From the NCBI GenBank assembly GCA_033442325.1, contig JAWQFM010000025.1:884563-948562 (forward strand): 64,000 bases of DNA, given 5' to 3'. Position 1 is the stretch's first letter, and each line of letters begins with the position of its first letter. Position numbers and translations under genes: made by a program. The notes under the pieces are model-generated. The model was given only the letters and a program-made list of their open reading frames with translations, ran no database searches and was not told the DNA's origin. Shown here in pieces: positions 25,701-61,142 of this stretch. The DNA comes from Salpingoeca rosetta (Eukaryota > Protista > Choanoflagellata).

Positions 25701-28700
25701 ATCCAGCTTGCGCTTGGCAGTGGATACAGCAAGGCAGAGCACAACCTGTGTCTACTGCACAAGTTGTCGCAAAGTGATCTGATGCGACGGCAAGTGGCTG
25801 CGGGCGATGGTGGCTCAGCAGCAGGTGGCAACAGCAGCGGGAAGGGGCGGTTCAAGTTTGTTGATCTGTTGCGTTATCGCAAGGACACGCGCTCGCTGTT
25901 TGCAAAGGGGCAAACCGACGTGCTGCTGGTTGGATTCAGCACCCACATCGCGACCAAGGCAAGCCGGGATATCAACCAGCAACAGGAACAACAGCAGCAA
26001 CACCGTGGTGATGCGGGCGAGGGTGAGGTTAACGCCGGCACGGACACGGGCACCACCTCCACCTCCACGACCACGCCTGTTCAGGATGCACTGTCCAAGC
26101 TCGAGCAGTGGCTGGTAAACGTGCTTGTGTCGCCACTACTGCCCTCCACCAAGCGAGGATTTGTGAACGTGATCAAGTCTGCCAACCCAGAGATGGCGCG
26201 CCTGGGTACCGATCGCAACTACTTTGTTGCCAGCCAGGACTGCGTCATTGCCATCACGCTCGCCAACAGCTGCCCGAACGAGCGCCGTCGCAGGGCGCTG
26301 AGCAACCTCACGGACATCACAGCCAACAACCAGAACTTTGAGGAGCTTCGCACAGCCATCCGGCGCAAAGACGACATGTACGGGGTGCACGTGTGCAAGC
26401 CAATGTTCCAGCAGCTGCGTAAAGTCGGCAATGAGCTGCTGGGGCCTTTTATCGCCTCGCTCGACTTTTCCGGCCACCGTGCGGACGATTCTGATCGCTA
26501 CCTCAAGATCACCTCCTGCTTCAACAGCAACTGCCACTTTGTGTACGTGAAAGGGCTGCGGCAGGCCAGCGACCTGTTCCTCAAGCGCTGCTGCGAGTTT
26601 ACAGAGCAGTGGCCCTGGCGGTACATCTACTTTGAGAACCTGGACATCCGCTTCAACTTCCCCGAGATTCGGGACCGGTTTGTTGTGGGAGACCAGGATC
26701 AACTGCAGCAGTTTGTGGACGAAAACACGTGGATTCGCTCCTTCCCGCGCTATGAGGGCACTGGTGATGCTGCTGCTGGTGACGATGGTGATCGTGATGA
26801 TGGTGTTGGTCGTGATGGTGATGAAGATGGTGATGATGATGTTGATGAATGGACGAAACAAGTGAAAGGGTACATCTCAAACAGCAAGCGGTGCGTGGTG
26901 CTGCTGACGTCGCCGCCGGGCGCTGGCAAAACACATTTTGCCCACGAGCTGATCCGCACTTACAACGCCGAGATTGGTGGCAACGACAATGACAAGGGCA
27001 AGGGCAAGAAGGAGCAGAGTGAGAACAACAATGGGAACAAGGGCAAGAACGTGTACTGCCACCGCTTTGACTGCAGCAACGACAGGCTGGTGACGGAGAG
27101 CCTGTCTGTGCTTTTGGATGAGCAGTTTTCACGCCACAACGAGGCGTTCCTGGTGGCAGACGAGTTTCACTTGCTGTCGGCATCGCAGAAGGAGGAGCTG
27201 TTTGACTGGATCCGCAGCAACATGTCGCGTGTCAAGGTGCTGCTGATTGGCAATCGCGTGCTGAAGATTGACGACAAGCTCATGGACGACTTGCGTCGCG
27301 CCACCGCCCGCACGGAGAGCAACGGTCAGCAGCACGTCCAGGTGCAGAGCGTCAAAGTGCGCCTGACACCCCCGCGCATCAGACGCATTGCGCAGCAACA
27401 ACGCAACGCCAGCAAGGCAGGCGGGCAGCAGCAGCAGCAGCAGCAGTACGCGTTGTCGACACATGATTCACGTGATTCCGAGTGGGGCAAGGACTTGGAA
27501 AAGTGGTGCAGCCTGATTTACCTGCTGCTGGGGGAGGAGGCGCTGAGTCTTCGCGACATTGACGTGCTTGTGGCCGCATTGCAGAAAAGCACGAACAACA
27601 CGCTTGGTGGCATACGATCGGAGCAGGCGGCGGCGCTGTCAGCGGCCCTGCAGGCCAAGTGCCCGTACCTCTCTCCCCTGTTTGCAGACAGCCTGGGCGA
27701 CGCGTTTGTGAAGCACAGAGGTGATGGCACGTTGGACAAGTTTTCCAGCGGGCTGCTGCCAACAATGCTGCTTGTGCTGATTCAGGCCATCCGCAACATG
27801 AAGTGGCGGCAACTGTGCGAGATCATGCCCTTCTCCGCGTTCTCTGCGTCGTCCGCACAGCAACAAGTCCCCGTGCGTGAGCGCTGCCGCCGCTGGCTCA
27901 AGCGCCACGTGCTGCAGCACATGGGCAAGCATGGAACGCGGGACATGCATGACATCAGCAAGGCGGTTGATGGCCTTCAGGTGAGCGCGAGTGCTGCGCG
28001 CGGTGGCAGCGCGCGGGTTGACGCGCACACGTGGATTGAGCAAGAGCCCTTCCCCTTCATCCGGGACTACGAGGACGGCGACAAGGAAGGCCTTGCCGTG
28101 GGCATTGCAGGCAACTACTCCGACATTCGCTGGGTGCAGGAGTGCGTCGTGCACTCGCGCCCCGTCAACTGGGAGGAGGCAAGTGCGTGCTGGAAGCAGA
28201 GCCCAATCACCGATCTGTCCGACTTTGAGGAGCTTGTTCGCGACTGCCCAAACAAGCTCCTTTGTCTGGACGCCGTGTCCACAGACAATCTGATTGGTCT
28301 GGCGCTCCGCTCCGAGATGATGGCAAACGGGCCTGGCCTGTTACTGCAACATATGTCCGCTGTATACACGCCGAACACGCTACCAAAGGCGCTGGAGCCC
28401 GGCGATCACCTCCAGGACACGGTGTACAGGCACCTGTTTACCTTCTGGCGGTGCATGCTGTATGCCGTTGCACTCGGTGCTGATGGTGCTGATGGTGGTG
28501 CGGGCCATGGTACTGGCAATGGTACTCCTACCCTTGATACCGGCGATGGCGCCAAACGAACGCCCCGCACGCGGTCCAAGTGCCCGCAGTGGCTGGCAGC
28601 GTTCACGACGCGCATTCAGCGCAGCAGCGAGTGCATGGCTGCCATGTTTGCGTGGGCGGCGCAGAATGGCGAGGCGCTGCCACCTGTCGCCTGTGCACGT

Positions 28701-29234
28701 GGGATGGAGGCCAGCAACAACGAGCGCGTGCTGGACATGTTTGCTCGTTTCTGCTGGACCTTTGCCTGCGATGACAATGCCAGCGGTGGCGGTGGTAGTG
28801 GTGTTGGCGGTGGTGGGTGGTTCGAACACGTGTGCCATGGCATGTTCATGGTGAAGATGGAGCATGTGCTCCAACAACCCTCACGACGCGCGCAGCTGCT
28901 GCCCGCGTTTGTCCATCTACTCCGTCTCAACAAGACCACGCTTTCTGCGCAGAGCCACCCGTTCCTGCGGGCCCTGAGCTTGTTCCGCTTCCACGACAAG
29001 ACGTGCACCAAGCTTGAGGACGACAAGGTGGAGCCAGACGCACTGCGTGACGATCAACGCAATAAGGCGCAGTTTGATGGCGAACTGAAGCGCCTGTGGG
29101 GTGCTGCTCCACCTGGATGCATGGCCAGGCAGGAGCTGCGGTTTTTTGCCTCTCGAGTCCACAAACTACTGGATAATGCTACAAACAAGGAGGCCTTCAA
29201 GGAACTTCGTCACATGATCCAGTCTTGGATGTGA
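15332..29234 (+). CDS. Giant uncharacterised P-loop/AAA+ protein, ~4,365 aa; exons 15332-16256, 16790-23274, 23547-29234
   Basis: Three long ORFs are joined by phase-compatible GT-AG introns: 16257-16789 (phase 1, QEN-D-PTVL) and 23275-23546 (phase 0, IIK-AKSIL). Walker [14 protein letters not shown] (SPPGAGKT 26910-26933), Walker B FLVADEFH (27147-27170), sensor-1-like VLLIGN. Stop TGA at 29232-29234. Confidence 0.8.
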
Positions 29235-29785
29235 ATGTTTGTGTGTGTGTGTGTGTGTGATGTGTGTGTGTGTGTGCGATGCGTGTGTGTGTGTGCGCGC
29301 GTGTGTGTAAGTGTGTGTGTGTGTGTGTGTGCATGGGTGTGAAACTGTTCTTTCGTTGCGGGCTGCCCCATTCGCGCCTTTCTTTCGTTTCTCTTTTCGT
29401 TTCCTACAAGTGAGAACCGCACGAAGACAAACCACTGCACGTGTGAACCCAGCACATTTCGACAAGTGACAGAGTGCCACCACCACCACCACCACCGTCA
29501 ACAGCAAGCGACCGCTGCACGTCGGCGGCATCACGATTGATTGATCGGGTGTGAGGCTGGGAGCTGAGGTTCTTAGGTTCTGAGGTTCTGAGGTTGGTTG
29601 GACTGGTGCAGGTGAGCAGGTGGGCGGCAGGCAAGCAAGGACAGGCGTTGTGGTTGTGGAGGAATATGCGGAATCATCCACCAATTATCGCGTGTTTTGT
29701 GTTGTGGAGGAGGCTTTCGTCCACTCCAACAAAACACACACAGATACACACACACACACCAAACAGCACTGCAACAGCAACCAAC

Positions 29786-33394
<3,609 letters not shown>

Positions 33395-33666
33395 TTTGCA
33401 CTTCCACATTTCCCAGCCACTGCAACACCACAGTTACTCTTTCCCTGGTTTCCCCCGTGTTACTTTACGCGTGAGCAGCACACGCCCGTTTCTTTTGCTG
33501 TTCCTTCTGCTCCCTCGTGCTTGAGGGAGCATGTGGTCTGTGACTTGTGTCGGAGGGTTGCACACCCGCAACCTTGCTTGTTTCCTCCAGTCATTTGCGG
33601 TTGCTTGCAGGCACTCGCTTTGCCAATTGCACCCACACAATTTGTCATTTGCAAGCGGACAAAAGA

Positions 33667-35822
33667 ATGAACAGCAGGATGAGAAGGGCGACGTTGGCAC
33701 TGCTCGCATTGGTGGTGGTGGGTGAGGGTTGGTGCTGCGAGGGGGCTGGTGCTGCTGCGCTGGGTCAGCAACAACCGCGCGGCAGGAGGGGTGTCACTGG
33801 AGGTGCCAGGTCTCTGCTTGTGTTTGGTTCTCTCTTTGGGGAGGCAGACCAAGTCGATGCAAGCCTCAGCCGCCTGGATCGAGCAAACACGGTGCGTCTG
33901 TGCTTGTGTGTTCGTGTGCGTGCGCGCGCTTGCGTGTGTGCGTGCGTGTGTGTGCGTGCGTGCTTGCGTGCGTGTGTGTGTGTGTGTGCTTGCGCGCACG
34001 TGTGTGCGTCATCGCTCTTGTTGTGATGGCAGCCCGACGATACCCGTCTCATGGCGTCTGGTGTAAACTGTAGGAGCTGGAACAAGTGCTGATGGAGCTG
34101 AGACACAAGCGCGAAGAGCTCGAAGCCATGAAGCGCGACATCCACGACATGCAGAGCGAGAAGACCGACACGGAAAAGTCAGTCGTTGCGTGTGTGCTGG
34201 CGCACATGGGTGCTTGCGATCTTGCTTTGCTGTGCGTGCTTGTGTCTTATGCATGCATGGCACATTACATTGTGTTCTGCCATGCTCACGGTCGTTGCTT
34301 GTCGTATGCAGGTCGCTGAGACAAGTGCGCAGCAAGCAGAAGGTGTTGGCGAATCACCAGAAACAGGTAGGGCCTGAGGGCCACATGCCCACGTGCATGC
34401 CCATATGTATGCGCGTGCGTATATGCATGTGTCCATGTGTGTATGTCTGTTGCGTGTGTGTGTGTGTTTCTGTCTGTCTCACTTACTCACTCACTCACTC
34501 ACTCACACACTCACTCACTCACTCACTCACTCACTCAACTCTGTCTTTCTCTCTCTGTGCATGGCTCACTGCTTGTGGTCTGAACATTCCCCCCTCCCCT
34601 CAATCATGGCATCATAGTTGATGCAGCGGCGCAGCCAAGCACACCAGGAACGCGAGGAAGAAATCAAGAAGCGACAACAAGTGTGTGCATAATGTGGTGT
34701 GTGCTGCGTGGTGTATGTCGTCGTGTGGTGTCCACCTTCGAATGATCAGTTGTTCTGCGCGTGCATCCCACTATTGGTTGGTCGATCAAGATATTCTCAC
34801 CACCTCCGTCCCTACTACCCCATCGTTCGCCTTCATCGGCCAAGGCGCTCGATGCGCGTGACATCAAAGCGTTGGAGGACGCATCCCACCGCAAGCACGC
34901 ATTCAACGAATACAAGGTGCCGCATGCGCCGTGTGTGTGCGTGCGTGTGTGTGTGCGTGTGCGTGTGTGTATGTGTGTGCGTGTGTGTGTGTGTGTGTGC
35001 GTGTATGTGTGTGTGTGTGTGTGTGTGTATGTGTGTATGTGTGTGTGCGTGTGTGTATGTGTGTGTGTGTGTGTGCTACCCATTGCCCACACCCCTCACA
35101 CGCCTTCCCACTATCCCTCACAACCCCTTTCCCCTCACCACATGTTGCCACTGCTGCTGTTGTAGAGTTCACTGCTGCCGCTCGATCGCGCCATCCCTGA
35201 CACCCGCATCAAGGAATGCCTTCCGCTCAAGGTGCCATAGTGCTGCTGTTGTGTTGTTGTGGTGCTGTCATGCTGTGGTGCTGTTGCGTTGCATGCTCTG
35301 GACGCGTGTGTGTCTTGTGTGCTCCAAACACATGCGTGTGCTTGCGTGTGCTCTGAACACATGTGTGTGTGTGCTTACGTGTGTGATGGTTTCACAGTGG
35401 GACACGTCCAAGATGCCCAAGACATCCGTCATCATCTGTTATGTCAACGAAGCCTGGTCGACCCTCCTCCGCACCGTGCGTACCCAGCGTGTGTGCGTGC
35501 GTGTACGTGTACATGTGCGTGCCTGTGCATTCGTTGGGCATCTCTCCATCTCTGCTCCCTGCCTCACCCCACCATCCTCGCCTCAACCTCACACGACGAT
35601 GTTGGCGGTGCACAGGTGTGGAGCGTGCTCAACCGCTCACCGCCAGAGCTGATTGAAGAAATCATTCTCCTGGACGACGCCAGCGACGCGGAATGGTGCG
35701 ATGCATGGTCACACGTGTGTGTATGTGTGTGTATGTGTGTATAAGTGTATGAAAGTCTGTGTGTGTGTGTGTGTGTGTGGGCGGGTGCATGTGTGTGTGT
35801 GTGTGTCGTACGGTCGTCGTCG

Positions 35823-35864
<42 letters not shown>

Positions 35865-36187
35865 GTGTGTGTGCGTGTGTGTGTGTGTGTGTGTGGAACT
35901 GTGTGATGTTGCACGCCATGTCATGGTTTTTCATCATCATCATCACCACCACTCCACCAATTACCACTTCACTTACCATTGTCAACCGCCATCCAGGCTT
36001 GGCGAGAAGCTCGACACGTATGTACGCGAGCACTTTCCATCGCACGTGCGCATTGTGCGATCGCCAGATCGACTTGGTCTCATCCGCGCGCGTCTGCTCG
36101 GTGCCAAGCACGCAAAGGGTAATGTTGACCCTTGGAGGCACACGTCTGTTGTGTGTGTGTGTGTGTGTGTGTGTGTTTGTGTGTGTT

Positions 36188-36277
<90 letters not shown>

Positions 36278-37898
36278 CGTGTCTTGTAAATGTGCTGTTT
36301 CTTGCGTGTGCGCGTATGTGTGTGTGTATGTGTGTGTGTGTATGTGTGTTTGATCTCTCACATTGGACGTTCCATCCATCTGCCACTGCACTTCCCCTCA
36401 TGCCATCATCACTTCACATCGTCACCACCACCACCACCACCACCACCATCTCCCAGGCCCCGTGATGACGTTTCTTGACAGCCACTGCGAGGCGAACCAG
36501 GGCTGGCTGGAGCCAATTCTGGACATCATTGCCACCAACCGCACGACTGTGGTGACACCCGTCATTGATACGATCGATCACCGCACCATGGAGTATGCCA
36601 AGTGGACATCCAACATCCCCTCCGTGGGCACGTTCGACTGGTGCGTGGAATGAGGTGGGGATGGGGAGGGCGAGGGGTGGGATGAGGGATAGTGTGTGCA
36701 CGTGGTTTGTGCGCATGTGTGATGATGATGATGATGATGATGATCCTGATCATGCTGATGGGCTTGGTGCGTGCTGATGTTGGGGAAGCGGTGGCATGGT
36801 GGACTCCGGGCTCCGTCGATTGACACCGGCACTGTTGACACTGTGAATGAACGTCCACTGCGATTTGCAAACGATTGTTAGGACGCTAGACTTTAACTGG
36901 AAGTCGGGCGTGTTGCGGCCAGGACAGAAGCTGACAGACCCAATCGAGTGAGATGTGTGTGTGTGTGTGTGCGTGTGTGCGTGTGTGTGTGTCCGTGTGT
37001 CCGTGTGTCCGTGTGTGTGCGCGTGCGTGTGTGTGTGTCCGTGTGTGTGCGCGTGCGTGTGTGTGTGCGCGTGCGTGTGTGTGCTTGAATGGCTGTAACT
37101 TTCCCATCATTCAATCTCCATCACCGTCATCTCCACCATCGTCTCTGTTGTCATCACATCCCCCCCCCCCACAACCGAAACAACGCCTAATGTATTCAGC
37201 TCCCCAACAATGGCTGGCGGTCTGTTTGCGATCGATCGTGACTACTTCTACGAAATCGGTTCCTACGACGAGGTGACTTTGACCCGGCCATGAATGCACT
37301 GATGAACGAATGTGTGTGTGTGTGTGTTTCTTTTTGATGGTCGACAAGAATGACTTGCGGCTGTATCTCGCATCGATTCGCAACATACACACACGCACAC
37401 GCACACACACACACACATCCACACGCACGCACGCACACACACACACAACATGAAACAATTGATAGGACATGGATGGTTGGGGCGGTGAGAATGTGGAGAT
37501 GTCCTTCCGGATTTGGCAATGCGGTGGTCGTCTTGTCACGGCCCCATGCTCGCACGTCGGTCACATCTTCCGCGACACCCACCCGTACAAAGTGCCAGGT
37601 GTGGTGAGATGCTGTGTGCGTGTGTGCTGCTGCTGCTGCTGTCTGGATCGTAACTCATTGACAATCCATCTCGTTTGCCTTTCCCTCATGTCACACGCAA
37701 ACACACACACATGCTGCGTTCACACTCGTCTTCCGCGGGTTGTCCCTTTGTGTTGCCTGCAGGCAAAGGGATCCACCACACGTTTATGAAGAACTCAATG
37801 CGCTTGGCGGAGGTGTGGATGGACGACTACAAGCAGTTTTTCTACGACACAAAACCAAAGCGTGGGTTGAACGCGGAATGTGCGCGCGTCGGGGCGTA

Positions 37899-37970
<72 letters not shown>

Positions 37971-39667
37971 TGTGTTTGTGTGTTTGTGTGTGCGAAGTGG
38001 AGTGGCGAGTGCAAGTTGCAGTGATGGGCCATGCGTCGTTATCATTCCAGGTGTTGGGAAAGGCGCATCATTGCCCCCCTCCCCCCCCCCACACACACAC
38101 ACACATTCACCACACACACACATTCACACACACATACATACCCATATACACCTATTTCCACGCATTTACACACAAACGCCCATTCACACACCACAGGGGA
38201 GAACATTGACATTGGGGATTTGACGAAACGGAAAGCGCTGCGAGAGCGACTGAAGTGCAAACCGTTCAAGTGGTATCTCAAACACGTGCTGCCAGACCTC
38301 TTTGTACCGGAGTGAGTCCACCGGGGCATGTTTTGATTGCGTTTGGGTGTGTGCTTTGCACGTACATGTGTGTAATTGTGTGTGCGTGTGTGTGTGTGCG
38401 TGCGTGCGTGTACGTCTTGCCAATATGGGTGTTGCAAGACGCATTGTTTCTTACATGCACTGACGAGCTCGTGCTCACTGGCTCATCCCCACTTTCCCAC
38501 CGTGATCCTCACATCCTCATCACATCCGCCTTCGCCATAACTCCAAGCTCTGAGCACGTCTTGCACAAGGGCGCGTTGCGTGCAGGCAACGGCCTCTGCC
38601 TGGACAAGATGGGACACAGGGCTGGCGGGCAGGTGGGCCACCTGTTCGCGCGTGTGTGCATGCATGAATGTGTGCGAGAGGGTGTGTGTGTACATGTGTG
38701 TGTTTTGTGTGTGTATGTGGCCTCTATGCACTCCTGCTCACGCGCATGTATTTACACGTCTGTTGTTCGCTTACTGCGTGCGTGTGTATGTATGCGTGTG
38801 TATGTGTGTATGTGTGTATGTGTGTATGTGTGCGTGTGTGTATGTGTGCGTGTGTGTATGTTGGCTACAGGCTGGCGTGTTCAGCTGTCACGGAGAGGGC
38901 GGTAACCAGGGATGGATGTACACTGTCAATGACGAAATCAGAACAGGTGCGCATGTGCACATGTGTGCGTTATGTTTGCATGTGTGTGTGTGTGCGCGCG
39001 CGCGCGTGTGTGTGTGCATGTGTGTGTATGTGTTTGTGTGACCAATGACACGCACAAACACATACACACACCCATCCTTGCTCACCTCAAATAACCCCAC
39101 CACCGCGCAACAGCGGACAGCCTGTGTTTGGATGTGTACTCGTCCAAGTTTCCTGCGCCAATCCATCTCCAGCGCTGTCACCAGGTAATGACGACGGCTC
39201 GTGCATGCGCGGAAGCGTTTTCTGCTCCTCCTCCTCCTCCTCCTCCCCCTCCTCCTTCGTCTGCTTACATCGCTCCGCTCAACACGCGTCCTCACTCCTC
39301 GTTATCACCTTTGCTGTCAACAGAAGCAGGGCAATCAGGCGTGGAAGTACGAGAACAACGTCTTCCGGCATGTCGGTGAGTCAGTTGGTTTGAAGGTGAC
39401 GGGCGTGTGACGGGAGTGTGATGGAAACAAAGATGAGCAGGTCGTGGCGCTGCTGTGAGGAAGTGATCAACATGGTGCTGAGGTGGACTCACTCAAAGTT
39501 CCCCATGCGCACACGCACACACGCACGCACACACGCGTACACACACATATGCACACGTAGCGAGCAACGGATGCCTGTCAAGTGTTGTCTCGGGTAATGG
39601 ACAGCACGAGTTGAAGTTGGACACATGTAAGGAAGGGAGCTCTGGTCAGCAGTGGACGTGGGTGTGA
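33667..39667 (+). CDS. GALNT: Polypeptide N-acetylgalactosaminyltransferase (GT27) with N-terminal signal anchor and C-terminal ricin-B lectin domain; about 20 exons
   Basis: Spliced peptides: [64 protein letters not shown] (DxH at 36477-36485), [63 protein letters not shown]; lectin repeats CLD...[22 protein letters not shown]. Stop at 39665-39667. Start could be 33667 or 33679. Confidence 0.93.
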
Positions 39668-40045
39668 TCGTTGCGATGGGTACAACCACGACGAACATAC
39701 AGCCTCGACTGTGTTTGTGTGTGTGTGTGTGTGTCTGTGTATGCATGTGTGTGTGTGTGTGTTGCGTTACCAGCAATGTCCCATCTTCGTCAACGTCACA
39801 ATTGCCTCCGCTTCCCGGTCATTTCGTCACAGCATGCGTACAGCACATAGCGTTCTTGTTGAATACAATTCTGGGTTGAGGAGAAACAGTGGTATGGCGC
39901 GCGCGTGAACATGCACACGCGCGGGAAAAATGAACAAACATGGAAAGGGATTTTCTGCCTGAACGTAGCTGAACCATCACACACACACATACATACACAC
40001 ACACACACACACGTTGAATAAGTTGCTGCACTCATCAGTCCACGA

Positions 40046-54740
<14,695 letters not shown>

Positions 54741-54759
54741 CGCTACAAGCATGTCGTGC

Positions 54760-54799
<40 letters not shown>

Positions 54800-55193
54800 C
54801 GATGTGTTGGGGTTGTTTGATCGTGAGTGCCGCGCACAGGAGCCCCAAACAATGGCTCGCGGTTAACCAAGGCATGCCCACACCGTGCCACGCACGCACC
54901 GCCTCACCCATCAACACACCCATCAACACACACCCGATTCATCGAGCACGCACATCGCAACCCCTCCTCGTTCGCCTCTGCCTCGCACCCCACACCTGTC
55001 TTGCTTGTTGCTTTGCCTTTCCTTTGGCCGTTTCGTTGTTCGAAACAATCCAAATTTGAAGGCAAATTTGACGTTGGCGCACAAGGTAAAAATTGACTTT
55101 GGAGAAACAAGAGAAGAAGAGAAAGCGGAAACAGCAAGAGGATACGAACGTGTTCGCGCCAAGCAAGCAAGCCACTGCTGCACGCAAGCTGAG
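54741..55193. promoter_or_regulatory. Putative bidirectional promoter between the RGS12-like gene and FIGNL1 (~450 bp)
   Basis: Divergent start codons at 54740 (-) and 55194 (+). Confidence 0.45.
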
Positions 55194-59874
<4,681 letters not shown>

Positions 59875-60679
59875 CAAGCACGACTCTAGGGTACAGTGGA
59901 GAATGGGTGGCGGTGGTGCGTGTGATGTACATGATTGAATGCACTGAAAGTAAAGACGTAAGCGAGAGCGCAACCGTCACCGGGGGGGGGGGGGACAATG
60001 GCAATACAAGAACCAACAGTTCGTCAAATCACCAAACAATCCGCCGAAAAAAGCTGCCGTCTCTTGCAGGCCTGATCCTCGGCGTGTGCATCTGCTTCAC
60101 CTTTGGGCGCCAGTGGTGCGGTGGCCTCTTCTCCTGATGGGGGCGGCAACCGCGGTGGACGGCGTGACGAAGATGGCATGGTGGCACAATGTGCTCATGA
60201 TTTGGTGATGGTGCCATATATTGCTTGCTCGAGTGGTAATTAATGGCTGATTGCTTGCTTGGTGGCTTGATTTGATGGCTTGGTTGCTTCATGTGTATGA
60301 GTGAGTGGATGATGACTGCCTTCTTTTTCGTTTCACCGATCTTAAGTGTGCTTCATGAGCCCGCCGTTTTGCTTCCTTCATTTGCTTGTCCGTGCCCGTC
60401 TTGAGAACCGACATAAACAACACAAACCGCACACACGCGGCAAGCGCGACCACACACGCCTGCCCCCACTCCGCACCTGTGACATGAGTTCACACCACTC
60501 GTGCAAGTCCACCACAAGTCGCCCATTCCAAACATCTCACCCCCTTTCGGCACCAATGTGTCTTTCATCTCCAAACACACTGCACAGGATCCAGACTTTT
60601 CGATCAAGGAAGTCATGGCGTGTCACGTCATGTCATGTCAGATGTCACGTCACTCTTTTATGCACGGGATAGACGCATA

Positions 60680-60779
60680 NNNNNNNNNNNNNNNNNNNNN
60701 NNNNNNNNNNNNNNNNNNNNNNNNNNNNNNNNNNNNNNNNNNNNNNNNNNNNNNNNNNNNNNNNNNNNNNNNNNNNNNN
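60680..60779. other. Assembly gap (100 N)
   Basis: Run of N. Confidence 1.
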
Positions 60780-60980
60780 CCATCATAGCACGCACAACAA
60801 GTATCACAAGGAGGCCTGGCCCACCACAACAAGCAAATTAGCAAAAGCAACAGCAGACAAAACACCAGACACAGCAATTTCACCACCTCAACCACCACCT
60901 CAACCACCACTACCGTCATCATCATCCCCTGTCACCGCCACCACCATAAAAGAAGGCAAGGGTGGTTGCACCAACACAGG

Positions 60981-61089
60981 TCAAAGAATGGTAGCGTTCT
61001 GCATTCCTTCGATGAGCTTGTTGAGGATCTTCAGCTTCTTCTTCACGCCCACCTCACGGCCTTCCTGCTCCTGCTCCTCCTCCTCCTCC

Positions 61090-61142
<53 letters not shown>

